This document shows positions 20,009 through 29,814 of a DNA stretch of 52,011 bases, in pieces. This stretch comes from a bacterium (GTDB lineage: Bacteria > Patescibacteriota > Saccharimonadia > Saccharimonadales > AWTP1-31), in assembly GCA_030426125.1 (NCBI GenBank), contig JAUHZB010000006.1, positions 1 to 52,011 on the forward strand, read 5' to 3'. Every line of letters starts with the position of its first letter. Within the stretch, counting starts at the first letter, position 1. Both the position numbers and the translations under genes were made by a program. Below the pieces are notes generated by a model. It saw only the letters and a list, made by a program, of their open reading frames with translations. It made no database searches and was not told where the DNA came from.

Positions 20009-21145
20009 TCAGGAATTAATTAACTTTTTAAAAAACTTATCTCTCGCTTCTTGAGTATCACCGTGATTAGGCTGTATATTTAATACTTCGTTGAATTTTA
20101 TATGCTTCCTTAAGCTTGGCATATCTTCAGATAATGCAATTCTTTTTGTTATATATGCAGCCAAACCACAAACGATATTTACTGTGCCGTACAGGTGAGG
20201 TCTTGAAACTAAAGTATTGCCGACTTCTGACAACGATTTAAAATTTCTGAAGGATATATGCTCTGGTCCCACTATTTTCATAGCATACTTGGCTTTATCA
20301 GATTCACTCATCTTTTTATGTAAAAGATCGTCTGTAATATCTCCCAACAAACCATGGAAAATATCAGCTTCTGGATGCAAGTCAAATCTTTCAATATCAA
20401 CTAAAATACTATCTTCCAAGCTAGTTAACATGACTACTGGTATTTTCGCTTTTTTGGCCTCAAGTCGTAATTTCACCTTCATAGAAAAGTCATCTACTAC
20501 ATCAAAAACGATATCAAGTTTGTTCATGCCAAAAATAAAATCGTTCAAATTATCGTCATTTAATCCCTTATCGAAAATTGACACTTCAGCATAGGGGTCT
20601 ATCTCATATATTTCCTGGGCAGTAACAACAGTTTTTTTCAATTCCACACTTGGAAGACCTACTCTTACTCTATTTAAATTGGTGGTTTCAAAAATATCCG
20701 TGTCAGCGACTTTTATGTTGCTTGAAATTCCACTATATATCAACGCTAGCGCTATTCCATTCCCAAATGATAATCCTGCTATTCCGGCATTAAAGTTTTT
20801 TAATATTTCTTTTTCCTTTTCCGTTATTAGGTGACTCGTGCGATTTGTCCTAAGATCGTAATACTCAGCATGAGGAAGCATGTGAAATAGTAAACCACTC
20901 CAAGGAAAATAAACATAATTACCGCACAAACCATCTGGACTTACTCTAGAATTCACAAATTCATCTAGTGCAAGCGGGTATTGTTCACTATTAATTAATC
21001 CGGGATTTTTTATTTCAAATGTTTCTCTAAGCTGAGATTTATAAATATCTCTAAAACCCCATAATTTCATGCTTTTTAATTTATCTAGTTGTTCTAAAGT
21101 GTACTTACCTTCTTCTAATATAAGCGGTTGAACTCTATCCTGCAT
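20009..21145 (-). CDS. ThiF/E1-like adenylyltransferase (Rv1355c-like N-terminal region)
   Basis: VYFPW, LRTNR..LIT..E, GIAGLSFG, ADTD.FE.TNLNR, EIDPY, DVVDDF..K. Confidence 0.88.
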   Translation of the reverse strand: MQDRVQPLILEEGKYTLEQLDKLKSMKLWGFRDIYKSQLRETFEIKNPGLINSEQYPLALDEFVNSRVSPDGLCGNYVYFPWSGLLFHMLPHAEYYDLRTNRTSHLITEKEKEILKNFNAGIAGLSFGNGIALALIYSGISSNIKVADTDIFETTNLNRVRVGLPSVELKKTVVTAQEIYEIDPYAEVSIFDKGLNDDNLNDFIFGMNKLDIVFDVVDDFSMKVKLRLEAKKAKIPVVMLTSLEDSILVDIERFDLHPEADIFHGLLGDITDDLLHKKMSESDKAKYAMKIVGPEHISFRNFKSLSEVGNTLVSRPHLYGTVNIVCGLAAYITKRIALSEDMPSLRKHIKFNEVLNIQPNHGDTQEARDKFFKKLINS

Positions 21146-21146
21146 C

Positions 21147-22679
21147 CTATTTTTCCTTTCTTACCCATTTCTGTTTAGTCCCCGGCCTAAAATACTCCGG
21201 GCTTTCGTATTCCCACAAAACAACATCTGGCTTTGCCTCATCGCCAATCATACCAAAGGTCTCCCTATATTCTGAACTCTCACTTAATAAAGCTTCGTGT
21301 AAGATTTTTTGTAACTTTTTAGTTAATTCTTCCGTTACTTTTTGGCCATACTTCATCTCTGCATGGATATTTAACTTTTGTCTACCTTTGTCTGTATAGT
21401 CAACATACATAGTGAATTTACCTGTGACAAGTTCCTCCAAATGACCGGCTTGTAACCCGCGTCGGATTGTATCTGGATAGATTAAGAAAGCATAATAGCT
21501 CACACTAAAGTCGTTTCTTTCATATACGTATACATAAGGTAGATTCCAGAGGGTTTCATTGAAGCTATACTTCTTAGACGCTTGATCGATGTCATAACCC
21601 AACTCTTTCATCGTTCTCTTTACCTGACTCCTATCGATGACTCCCCCATAATCTTTAAGATCGTATCTAACTAAAGGGATTCCACTATATGCACTACATA
21701 TCAGATTATCTCCGTCCTGCTCAAAGAAAAACAATTCAGGGTTATATTGAGTTAAAGTCGGCTGTTTAATAGGGTCTGGAAGTAAAGTCTTTAGCTTATT
21801 ATCGGATATTAAGGACCGCCTTACATATATACTCTCAGGGGTCTCATGCGACATAGTCCCTAAATCTACTGTTCCATAGTGATTTAAAGAGCTCTTATAT
21901 GGATCTTTTACGGATGTTTTCTTCAATACATAATCTCTGAAAGTTTCTGTAAATGCTTCCGCAGAATATACAACTCCTAAGTGATAATCTTCCCACTTAA
22001 TACCCTGTCTCTCGCCATCATCCAAAATATCTTTCAAAAACGGAGCATAAGCCCCGATTATCACTTGATCAAAACTACTGCCTAGTTGTTTTACTGCATT
22101 GATGACCTCTTGCTTGTGAATCCCTGGGGTAATCAAACTAAGATCATAGCCCCCATTTTCAGACACTATCTTCAGTGCTTCATATGTAAACAGTCCACCG
22201 ATCCACGCCCCCATCGGAAACGCTACAATGTACAAAGTACTCTTCTTGTTTATCTGAAAATTTGACCTTAAATATAACTCGGCCATCATTGCGTATTGCC
22301 AATCTTGTGATGTCTCCCTAGGAAAATAATATGGCTCACCTGTAGATCCAGACGTAGTGGATATCACCCACTGCCCATGATCAAATTCACCGTTCCAGCA
22401 TAATTCTTCTTTAGGGTACTTTCTTAAATAGTTATTTTTGTCTATTGTAGGTACTTTTTTAAAATCCTTAATACTGCGGATTTCTTGGTGTTTAATATTA
22501 TGATTCTTTAAGAAATCTTTATAAGCTGGGACGTTTTCGGCCATTTCATGAAACAGCTTTAAGGCTCTTCTTTCGCCCCTTTTTTGCCACAACTCTTCGG
22601 ACTCCGTAGCTAATCGATTATGTAATAATTCTGCACTTCTATAACCACGGGGCAAGAGTAATTTCGTCATATAAACCAA
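21147..22679 (-). CDS. phenylacetate-CoA ligase (PaaK)/F390-synthetase-like adenylate-forming enzyme
   Basis: NVPAY..F, VP.IDK..Y, AMP-binding loop TTSGSTGEP, NHYGTVD, PLVRYDLKD. Confidence 0.88.
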   Translation of the reverse strand: MVYMTKLLLPRGYRSAELLHNRLATESEELWQKRGERRALKLFHEMAENVPAYKDFLKNHNIKHQEIRSIKDFKKVPTIDKNNYLRKYPKEELCWNGEFDHGQWVISTTSGSTGEPYYFPRETSQDWQYAMMAELYLRSNFQINKKSTLYIVAFPMGAWIGGLFTYEALKIVSENGGYDLSLITPGIHKQEVINAVKQLGSSFDQVIIGAYAPFLKDILDDGERQGIKWEDYHLGVVYSAEAFTETFRDYVLKKTSVKDPYKSSLNHYGTVDLGTMSHETPESIYVRRSLISDNKLKTLLPDPIKQPTLTQYNPELFFFEQDGDNLICSAYSGIPLVRYDLKDYGGVIDRSQVKRTMKELGYDIDQASKKYSFNETLWNLPYVYVYERNDFSVSYYAFLIYPDTIRRGLQAGHLEELVTGKFTMYVDYTDKGRQKLNIHAEMKYGQKVTEELTKKLQKILHEALLSESSEYRETFGMIGDEAKPDVVLWEYESPEYFRPGTKQKWVRKEK

Positions 22680-22811
22680 TTATACCTAGAATTATCAATA
22701 TGTCAGTTGTATATTACTCAACTACTTATGAAAACCCTCATACTTTACATGTTATTGTTTTAGTTGTATAATTCACAAATACTCGAATAATAATGATTTT
22801 CAAAAGTAAAC

Positions 22812-23951
22812 ATGTCTTTAATATCAAACAGACTAAATAATTTCGATAGTAGTGACTTCAGAGATGTCTTTTTAAGACAGCAATCAATAATTGATCCCAT
22901 CGATCTCAGCATAGGTCTCCCAGAGGATCTAACCCCTACCCCAATAAAAGAAGCTGGCATCAATGCGATAATGCAAGACAAGACCATATACACCCCTAGC
23001 AATGGTATACCTGAGCTAAGAGAAGCCCTATCTAACAAATTTAAGACTAAAAATAATATAAACGTAAGTCCAGAGCAGGTTGCGGTTGTCCCTGGGCTAA
23101 CAACTGGTCTGCTGCTTGTATATTTAGCTATTCTAGATCCTGGTGACGAAGTTATCGTTATGGAGCCAGCCTACCCACCATATACTTCGTTGGTTACTGC
23201 TATAGGCGGTAGGGTTGTAACCATCCCTACCTTTCCCTCTTTTCAGCCAGACATTCCATTAATTGAAGCAAGTATTACATCAAAAACTAAGGCTATAGTA
23301 GTTAACTCCCCTAACAACCCCACTGGTGCAGTTTACAGTAAAGAAACTCTGATAAAACTAGCTAAGATAGCTGATGAACACAATATATTGATTATCTCTG
23401 ATGAGATTTATGAACATTTTGTTTACGAAGGGGAACACTTCAGTATCGGAAGCATATACCCCAACACCATAACAATGAATGGTTTCTCGAAAGAATATGC
23501 AATGACTGGCTGGAGATTAGGCTACGTCGCTGGACCGCTTAAGATAATAGAAGCAATAAACGAACTTCAACAGTATATGGTCATGTCATCATCTTCTATA
23601 GCTCAATATGCAGCACTGGAAGCAATCAAGCAACCAGGCGGGCAGATGCGTAATAAATACCTAAAGAAACGTAACTATTTATTAAAAAGATTGACAGAAA
23701 TGGGTTATTCAGTTGAAGGAGCCCAGGGCGCATTTTATATGTTTATCCAAGCTCCGGCCGATATGGTCGATTTAGACTTTGTTGAAAAGGCCGCCGACCA
23801 TGATGTCCTAATCGTGCCCGGTAGGGCTTTTGCTAGCAGGCATGGTTATTTCAGAATTTCATATGGTAGCAGTATGGAAACGCTAGAAAAAGGTCTTGAC
23901 CAGATAGAGATAATTACCAGAGAGTTAAATAGCCGAAAAACTACTCTTTGA
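22812..23951 (+). CDS. PLP-dependent class I/II aminotransferase
   Basis: DLSIG.P, GIPELR, NSPNNPTG, SDEIY, GFSKEYAMTGWRLG (PLP lysine). Confidence 0.95.
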   Translation: MSLISNRLNNFDSSDFRDVFLRQQSIIDPIDLSIGLPEDLTPTPIKEAGINAIMQDKTIYTPSNGIPELREALSNKFKTKNNINVSPEQVAVVPGLTTGLLLVYLAILDPGDEVIVMEPAYPPYTSLVTAIGGRVVTIPTFPSFQPDIPLIEASITSKTKAIVVNSPNNPTGAVYSKETLIKLAKIADEHNILIISDEIYEHFVYEGEHFSIGSIYPNTITMNGFSKEYAMTGWRLGYVAGPLKIIEAINELQQYMVMSSSSIAQYAALEAIKQPGGQMRNKYLKKRNYLLKRLTEMGYSVEGAQGAFYMFIQAPADMVDLDFVEKAADHDVLIVPGRAFASRHGYFRISYGSSMETLEKGLDQIEIITRELNSRKTTL

Positions 23952-24038
23952 TGTAAACCAGACACTCAACCATATTCAATTTAACTATAGAGACCTACAA
24001 AGATTGTCTTTAAAGACATTTTACTTTACTATTTATTT

Positions 24039-24407
24039 ATGGCTAAAAAAATCGCAATAGTCGAAGATGACCTAGCTATCAGTACAATGTATCGGATTAA
24101 ATTCCAGCAAGAAGGCTATGATGTCGAATCTGCGGACAACGGTAAGGTCGGCTTAGAACTGTGCGGAAAAATGAACCCGGATATCGTCCTACTAGATTTA
24201 ATGATGCCCGAAATGACCGGTGAAGAAATGCTAACCGCAATGCGAAAAACCTCTTGGGGTAAAAACATAAAAGTAATCATCCTAACAAACATGGGTGAAC
24301 AAGAAATCCCTGAAAAAGTAAAACAACTAGATGTCACTTCGGTAATCCTTAAAGCCGATATGACCCCTAGGCAAGTAGCTGACGTAGTAAAAGGCGTAAT
24401 TAAGTAA
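24039..24407 (+). CDS. single-domain response regulator (receiver)
   Basis: IVEDD, LLDLMMP phospho-acceptor Asp, ILT, ILKA; no output domain. Confidence 0.95.
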   Translation: MAKKIAIVEDDLAISTMYRIKFQQEGYDVESADNGKVGLELCGKMNPDIVLLDLMMPEMTGEEMLTAMRKTSWGKNIKVIILTNMGEQEIPEKVKQLDVTSVILKADMTPRQVADVVKGVIK

Positions 24408-24417
24408 CTCCTCTACA

Positions 24418-25743
24418 ATGAAAGTCGCCATATTAGGATACGGTACCCAGGGTAGATCTGCATACCAATATTGGAACAAAGGTAATGACATTACCATATG
24501 TGATCAGAATACAGACATAGATTTACCTAGTGACGTAGCAAAACAACTAGGCAATAATTACTTAGATAATCTTGAAAATTTCGACCTTATTGTCCGCTCC
24601 CCTTCAGTTCATCCCAAAGATATCATTAAAGCTAACGGCCAACGAATCAGCCGAAAAGTAACTACGGTAACTGAGGAATTCTTTAGAAACTGCCCAGCTA
24701 AAATAATTGGTGTTACCGGCACCAAGGGTAAAGGTACCACCTCTAGCCTAATCACTACAATCCTAAAAACAGCTGGCAAGACAGTTCACCTTGGTGGAAA
24801 TATTGGGGTACCACCGCTAGATATGCTAGATTATGAGATTCAATCTTCAGATTATGTAGTGCTAGAGCTAGCCAACTTCCAATTAATTGATCTAGGTGTA
24901 TCGCCTAGTATTGCAGTTTGCCTAATGGTAGTACCAGAGCATTTAGACTGGCATCGCGATATCGATGAATACATAGAGGCAAAACAGAATTTATTCCGAC
25001 ATCAAAGATCTAAAGATCTAGCAATTTACAACCGTCTAAATGTCCTATCCTGCGAGGTCGCCGAAGTATCGCCAGCTATGAAGATGTCATACGCCGTCCC
25101 GAATGAAGACCAAACAGGTGATGATCATAATGGCTGCTACGTAGAAGGCGACTCGATCTATATTGATGACCAAAAAGTGTGTCAAACTTCTGACGTTGCC
25201 CTCCTAGGAAGACATAACCTGGAAAATGCCTGCGCCGCTATTATGGCCACCTGGGAAATTATTGATCATGATCCAGAAATAATAATGAAAGCTCTGAGAT
25301 CATTCAAAGGAATGGAGTACCGACTTGAGCTCATAAGGGAACATCGGGGGGTGAAATACTATAATGATTCATTCGGTACAACCCCTGAAACTGCAATTGT
25401 GGCTATCAAAGCCATTCCTGGCCCCAAGATACTAATTGTTGGTGGCTCAGATAAAAAATCTAGCTATGACCAACTAGCCGAAGTTATTAAGCAAGAAAAT
25501 GTCAAAAAAGTAATTCAAATAGGAAAGATGGGACCGGTTATTGAAAAAGAGCTCCAGAGCATTGGTTTTACAGATGTTATTCCTGGCGGTACCTCAATGA
25601 AAGATATCGTGGAGACTGCCAGCCAACAAGCAGACGAAGGTGACACTGTGTTACTATCGACAGCTTGTGCCAGCTTTGACATGTTCAAAAACTACAAAGA
25701 TCGTGGCGATCAGTATAACCAAGCAGTCAGAAATTTAGCCTAA
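24418..25743 (+). CDS. murD: UDP-N-acetylmuramoyl-L-alanine--D-glutamate ligase
   Basis: GVTGTKGKGTT, GGNIG, VLEL..FQL, EHLDWH, YYNDSFGT, LLSTACASFD.F.NY..RG. Confidence 0.96.
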   Translation: MKVAILGYGTQGRSAYQYWNKGNDITICDQNTDIDLPSDVAKQLGNNYLDNLENFDLIVRSPSVHPKDIIKANGQRISRKVTTVTEEFFRNCPAKIIGVTGTKGKGTTSSLITTILKTAGKTVHLGGNIGVPPLDMLDYEIQSSDYVVLELANFQLIDLGVSPSIAVCLMVVPEHLDWHRDIDEYIEAKQNLFRHQRSKDLAIYNRLNVLSCEVAEVSPAMKMSYAVPNEDQTGDDHNGCYVEGDSIYIDDQKVCQTSDVALLGRHNLENACAAIMATWEIIDHDPEIIMKALRSFKGMEYRLELIREHRGVKYYNDSFGTTPETAIVAIKAIPGPKILIVGGSDKKSSYDQLAEVIKQENVKKVIQIGKMGPVIEKELQSIGFTDVIPGGTSMKDIVETASQQADEGDTVLLSTACASFDMFKNYKDRGDQYNQAVRNLA

Positions 25744-25748
25744 TCTAC

Positions 25749-26417
25749 CTAATCTAACCCTGCCATTATCCGTTTAAGTTGCTTAGCAACCGGTAGTACC
25801 GGTTGAAGTACTGTAGCCTTGCCCGCTACAGTTTTCTGTATTTCTTCCTCGATCCAGTGGTAATGGGTACAGCCGAGCACAATAACATCGGCACCCTTTT
25901 GACAGGCATCCTTCATCTGCTTCTTAATAAGCTGATGCTCTACTTGGTTAGCTTCTATCATAGAAGACCATCTACTGCAGTCTGGCTCTAGAATATCTAC
26001 CTTCGATGCAAACTTTTCTTTGAGCCACTTATACCTATCGCTATCTAATGTTGCTGGAGTTGCACAAACCGCTATACAGTTATTCTTAGTTTGCTCAGCA
26101 GCCGTTTTTACCATCGGTTCCATGCCAATTAAGGGCACAGAAATAACCTTCCTTAGATGACTAATAATATTTGTGGTAACTGTATTACAAGCTATAACAA
26201 TAACTTCGCAGCCATCCTCTACCATTCTATGCAGTAATGGGGTTACTAGCTCTATCAACAGGTCTGGAGACTTGTTACCGTAGGGTATATTCTGAGTATC
26301 TTGAACAAGTTGTATTTGTATATTTTCCAAGTGTTCTTCTAAATAATTGGCAACGGATAAACCGCCAACTCCTGAATCAAAAACCCCAACCTGTATATTT
26401 TTCTTTTTAGGCTTCAC
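25749..26417 (-). CDS. murI: glutamate racemase
   Basis: GVFDSGVGGLSV, PYG.KS, IACNT and LGCTHY catalytic cysteines; GTG start overlaps the upstream TAG. Confidence 0.96.
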   Translation of the reverse strand: MKPKKKNIQVGVFDSGVGGLSVANYLEEHLENIQIQLVQDTQNIPYGNKSPDLLIELVTPLLHRMVEDGCEVIVIACNTVTTNIISHLRKVISVPLIGMEPMVKTAAEQTKNNCIAVCATPATLDSDRYKWLKEKFASKVDILEPDCSRWSSMIEANQVEHQLIKKQMKDACQKGADVIVLGCTHYHWIEEEIQKTVAGKATVLQPVLPVAKQLKRIMAGLD

Positions 26418-26722
26418 TATTGTTTAGTATATTTTAGTTGACGAAAAACAGCCAGTAGCACACCAAGTACCAACCAAAACAAAGCATAATATACCAAGCC
26501 TTGATCAAAATTTAGTCCAGCACTAAACTCCCCATTACCAGCAGGTACTCTGTACATCTCGAATAATCTAAATGGACCAAACCTTGCAGTTTGTATACCT
26601 TGCTCACTAGCCAACCTTGAGGCCAGACCTATGATTAAAGCAGCGAAGGTTAAAGCGCCAATTACAAGCATTGTTAAAATACTGGTAGCAAACCTACTTT
26701 TATTGTTCCTAAGCACCGCCAT
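26417..26722 (-). CDS. small two-TM membrane protein (candidate immunity/accessory protein)
   Basis: 101 aa, two hydrophobic helices, overlaps the permease stop; role inferred from position. Confidence 0.65.
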   Translation of the reverse strand: MAVLRNNKSRFATSILTMLVIGALTFAALIIGLASRLASEQGIQTARFGPFRLFEMYRVPAGNGEFSAGLNFDQGLVYYALFWLVLGVLLAVFRQLKYTKQ

Positions 26723-28046
26723 ATTTTCGTCTCCTATTTAACTCAATAATATAAATTAGAACCATAGCCAAAGCTGAAACTACTAACCAATTGATAAGCT
26801 GCTCAACAGCATTCTTGTCGGAGAAGCTAGCAACTCTAGGCAATAAAAAAATACTCGAAATAGCCAGCGCTGCCGACATAAATTGACTAGCCGTATCACT
26901 AACTCTAGGCACCAGTATGGTGCTCATCATGAGGCCAACGACTGAAGCAAATAGTTGAATAGAAAAATACATAACTATAAAAGTTATCGGGCTAACTGCG
27001 TAGCTAATTAAAGCTAGCAGTAAAGGCGCCCCAATAACTAACCCTAGCGTCGTTACGGCTATAAGTTCAGATTTAACTAAACCGCCTACCCCAGATAATT
27101 GAATAATTTCTGGGGGACAATAGCGAGCTATTACCCCACGAACATCGCAGGCGAAAGTCGCTGATAATATTGCAGTAAAAAATAGTAACTGGTAGGGATC
27201 TATGACCGCTTTACCTCGAGCAATAATAACCAGTGCACTAGAAAAACTAAGAGTTAAAGCTATCAGCAGTGATCCTTTAGTCCTCTTGTTACGCCACAAC
27301 TTCACAAGATACCAGCCCCAATATGGTATAACATTAGGAATAACAGATCTCGTTAAATGTCTAGGTGCCGACTCACCAATGCTCAGCCCACGCCTATACA
27401 ACTGCCAATGACCCAGAATTGGAGCTAGCAATATCAGACAGATAACCATAATAGTTCTGTTATTTTGATCAACTGTGGCCTGAAGTAAATTATCAAATAG
27501 CATACCAGTGGAGATAACAATAGAAATAAATAGCATATAACTAACATTCCTTTTCTTAAGCCTAATCAATAGACAGCCATAGCCAGAAAATAAGCCTAGC
27601 AACCAACCGCTTATTGCAATCACATTGGAAGCTAACATTACTGTAGCTGCTGAATTGATCACCAGTGACCCGAATACACCTACAAAGCTCAAGATAATTA
27701 TTATCGGGATCTCCATAGCCATCCAGCGGGAAAATTTTGTTATTCCCAGCATCTTTAGTATCCCACTATAGCCATAAACACTAGACTGATTACCGATAGA
27801 ATTCATGGCCATTACTACGAATCCGCCTATAATAAATCCAATCGCCAAAGACAAGCAAAAAATTACAGTATCAGGAAATCCAAATGGAAGTATTGCTCCT
27901 CTTACGGCTTTAGCTAAAACTGAGCCGAAGAAAATTGCAATAAACCCTCCGACTAGCAACTTCTTAACTACCGAAAACAACGGAGATAAACTTTGAGATG
28001 AAAAATGGACAATTAATACCGTTCTTATTATCGGCCAATTAAGCAT
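26709..28046 (-). CDS. ABC exporter permease (about 12 TM)
   Basis: Highly hydrophobic with two halves; overlaps the ABC ATPase gene. Confidence 0.75.
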   Translation of the reverse strand: MLNWPIIRTVLIVHFSSQSLSPLFSVVKKLLVGGFIAIFFGSVLAKAVRGAILPFGFPDTVIFCLSLAIGFIIGGFVVMAMNSIGNQSSVYGYSGILKMLGITKFSRWMAMEIPIIIILSFVGVFGSLVINSAATVMLASNVIAISGWLLGLFSGYGCLLIRLKKRNVSYMLFISIVISTGMLFDNLLQATVDQNNRTIMVICLILLAPILGHWQLYRRGLSIGESAPRHLTRSVIPNVIPYWGWYLVKLWRNKRTKGSLLIALTLSFSSALVIIARGKAVIDPYQLLFFTAILSATFACDVRGVIARYCPPEIIQLSGVGGLVKSELIAVTTLGLVIGAPLLLALISYAVSPITFIVMYFSIQLFASVVGLMMSTILVPRVSDTASQFMSAALAISSIFLLPRVASFSDKNAVEQLINWLVVSALAMVLIYIIELNRRRKYGGA

Positions 28047-28773
28047 TGTAGACCTCCATAAACCTATTAGATAGGCTACCTGATCGATCTATAATATTCT
28101 CTATATAGTCGTTGAATACAATAGATCCTCTGGCGATCATCACAATCTCTTGTCCTAATCTCTCAGCCCAGTACAAATCATGTGTAGCTGCTATAATGCA
28201 ACTTCCTCCGTACATTTTGCGCCTCAATAACCTCTCGGCTCTATCTATAGCTACCGGATCTAGACCATTTCTAAGCTCATCAACAACTATAAAAAACGGA
28301 TCATGAATCAAGCCAGCAATGATCTGGACTTTCTTTTTATTTCCATGACTTAAGTCACCTAGCTGTTGATTGAAGCTATCAAATAACAAATCCTGTGCTA
28401 ATTCCTCAAGTCGTTTATTTGCGATTTTGGGGTCAATAGTTTTATAAATAGAAATTAATAAGGAGAAATATTCCTTAGCGGTTAGCTCTGGAATTATCCA
28501 ATCTTCATTATCCGGAATGAAACCAACCAATCTCTTAACCTCAACAGACTCTTTACTACTATCATATCCGCAGATATCAACCACTCCACTACTCGGCTTT
28601 ATTAAGCCAACTAAGCTTTCCATAAAAGTGGTCTTTCCGCTACCATTAGCTCCGACGATACAAGTCATACCGCCTGGTAAAAAACGAAGATATGGAATAT
28701 ATAGCTGGAATTTTTGACTACGCCTAACTTTCAGCTCATCAATAGTTAACTTTATTCTACGTCTTCGTCGCAT
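28039..28773 (-). CDS. ABC transporter ATP-binding protein
   Basis: Walker A GANGSGKTT, signature LSHGNKKK, Walker B VVDE, ATH; start ATG 28773 after an AGGAGG SD. Confidence 0.95.
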   Translation of the reverse strand: MRRRRRIKLTIDELKVRRSQKFQLYIPYLRFLPGGMTCIVGANGSGKTTFMESLVGLIKPSSGVVDICGYDSSKESVEVKRLVGFIPDNEDWIIPELTAKEYFSLLISIYKTIDPKIANKRLEELAQDLLFDSFNQQLGDLSHGNKKKVQIIAGLIHDPFFIVVDELRNGLDPVAIDRAERLLRRKMYGGSCIIAATHDLYWAERLGQEIVMIARGSIVFNDYIENIIDRSGSLSNRFMEVYNA

Positions 28774-29617
28774 AACGAGCCTCCTGAATAAACCCCCAAA
28801 TAACACGACCATCACTAAAACCAGGCATCCAGCTACACAGATGAAATATTGCTACACTTATTCCAATAATCCAGCTGAACCACAATGTGGCAAGCAGCGA
28901 TAGTGGCAAAATAAGAATCGAGACTAATGCCCCCGCGACTGGTCCGGACACGGCACTAAGCAGTTCATCCTTATGATCTAACGTTGGATGTAGCACCCCT
29001 ATCCTTGAGCCTCTAATCAGTAAAGCTGGTTTATATAAACAATGCCTTGGCTCTCTGGTCACAAAATAGATGTGCACTAATTCATGAACAACTGTACTGA
29101 TCAGCAGACAACCATAGAACGTGATTGTCACCCAAACTATAGTACTAACAGAGATATTTAGCCCGTAAGCAATGATAGCTGTGAATAGCATCAATATATT
29201 AGTCAACCTCATTGCCCTAATAACTGCCTGTATAGCTCCTGTAATATCTCCTTCGAATCGCTGTGACGGTTTATCTACTTTGACAAAATGAAGCTTCATA
29301 TTTGCCCTATAATACAAGTCATTTAGCGCAGAGCGCCTAGTCCTATCAACCTGCAGACCTCCTATACTATCCAAGAAATTAAATACAGTCTGTATAGTCT
29401 CGGTAGCTAAGTATCTATTTTGAAGCCTCCTACGAAGCTGCCACCAATATATTGGCTCAACTAGACCCTCGATGATATACACAGCAAACCTCGAAAGTTG
29501 ATGGCTAGCTCCATTGGCCCGGTCATAAATGTAACTACCCTTATGGATTAAACCTGACGACAAGCGCAGTTTGTCATCATCAGAAATTAATCCGGCATTA
29601 TAGGCGATAGCACTCAT
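28757..29617 (-). CDS. site-2 protease (M50)-like intramembrane metalloprotease with putative N-terminal RRE/PqqD-like domain
   Basis: HELVH zinc motif, SGP, P...SDG third-ligand motif; N-terminal YDRANGASHQLS..A..I then helices resembles a PqqD/RRE pattern; TGATG coupling to the upstream peptide gene. Confidence 0.75.
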   Translation of the reverse strand: MSAIAYNAGLISDDDKLRLSSGLIHKGSYIYDRANGASHQLSRFAVYIIEGLVEPIYWWQLRRRLQNRYLATETIQTVFNFLDSIGGLQVDRTRRSALNDLYYRANMKLHFVKVDKPSQRFEGDITGAIQAVIRAMRLTNILMLFTAIIAYGLNISVSTIVWVTITFYGCLLISTVVHELVHIYFVTREPRHCLYKPALLIRGSRIGVLHPTLDHKDELLSAVSGPVAGALVSILILPLSLLATLWFSWIIGISVAIFHLCSWMPGFSDGRVIWGFIQEARYATKT

Positions 29618-29814
29618 CACCTACACTTAAATGTTGCCTTGGCATTTTTCCAGTCCAACTCTATGCTTTTGGCACCCCGCCATCCGCAGATAATTATGGC
29701 CGCCAACCCGGTAGACCCGACTATAATCACCCAAGCTAGTGCTGCCACTATAACAGCAGATTCTTTAGTTTCATATCGATGAAATGGATCAGCGATAATT
29801 ATTGAATTATTCAT
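29617..29814 (-). CDS. 65-aa candidate precursor peptide (leader, hydrophobic helix, Cys43-Cys64 cationic tail)
   Basis: AGAGGG SD before ATG 29814; MNNSIIIADPFHRYETKESAVIVAALAWVIIVGSTGLAAIIICGWRGAKSIELDWKNAKATFKCR. Confidence 0.75.
   Translation of the reverse strand: MNNSIIIADPFHRYETKESAVIVAALAWVIIVGSTGLAAIIICGWRGAKSIELDWKNAKATFKCR

Noticed and set aside
21147-22679. True paaK in phenylacetate catabolism
   Set aside because: No other paa genes nearby; family-level similarity only, so no symbol assigned
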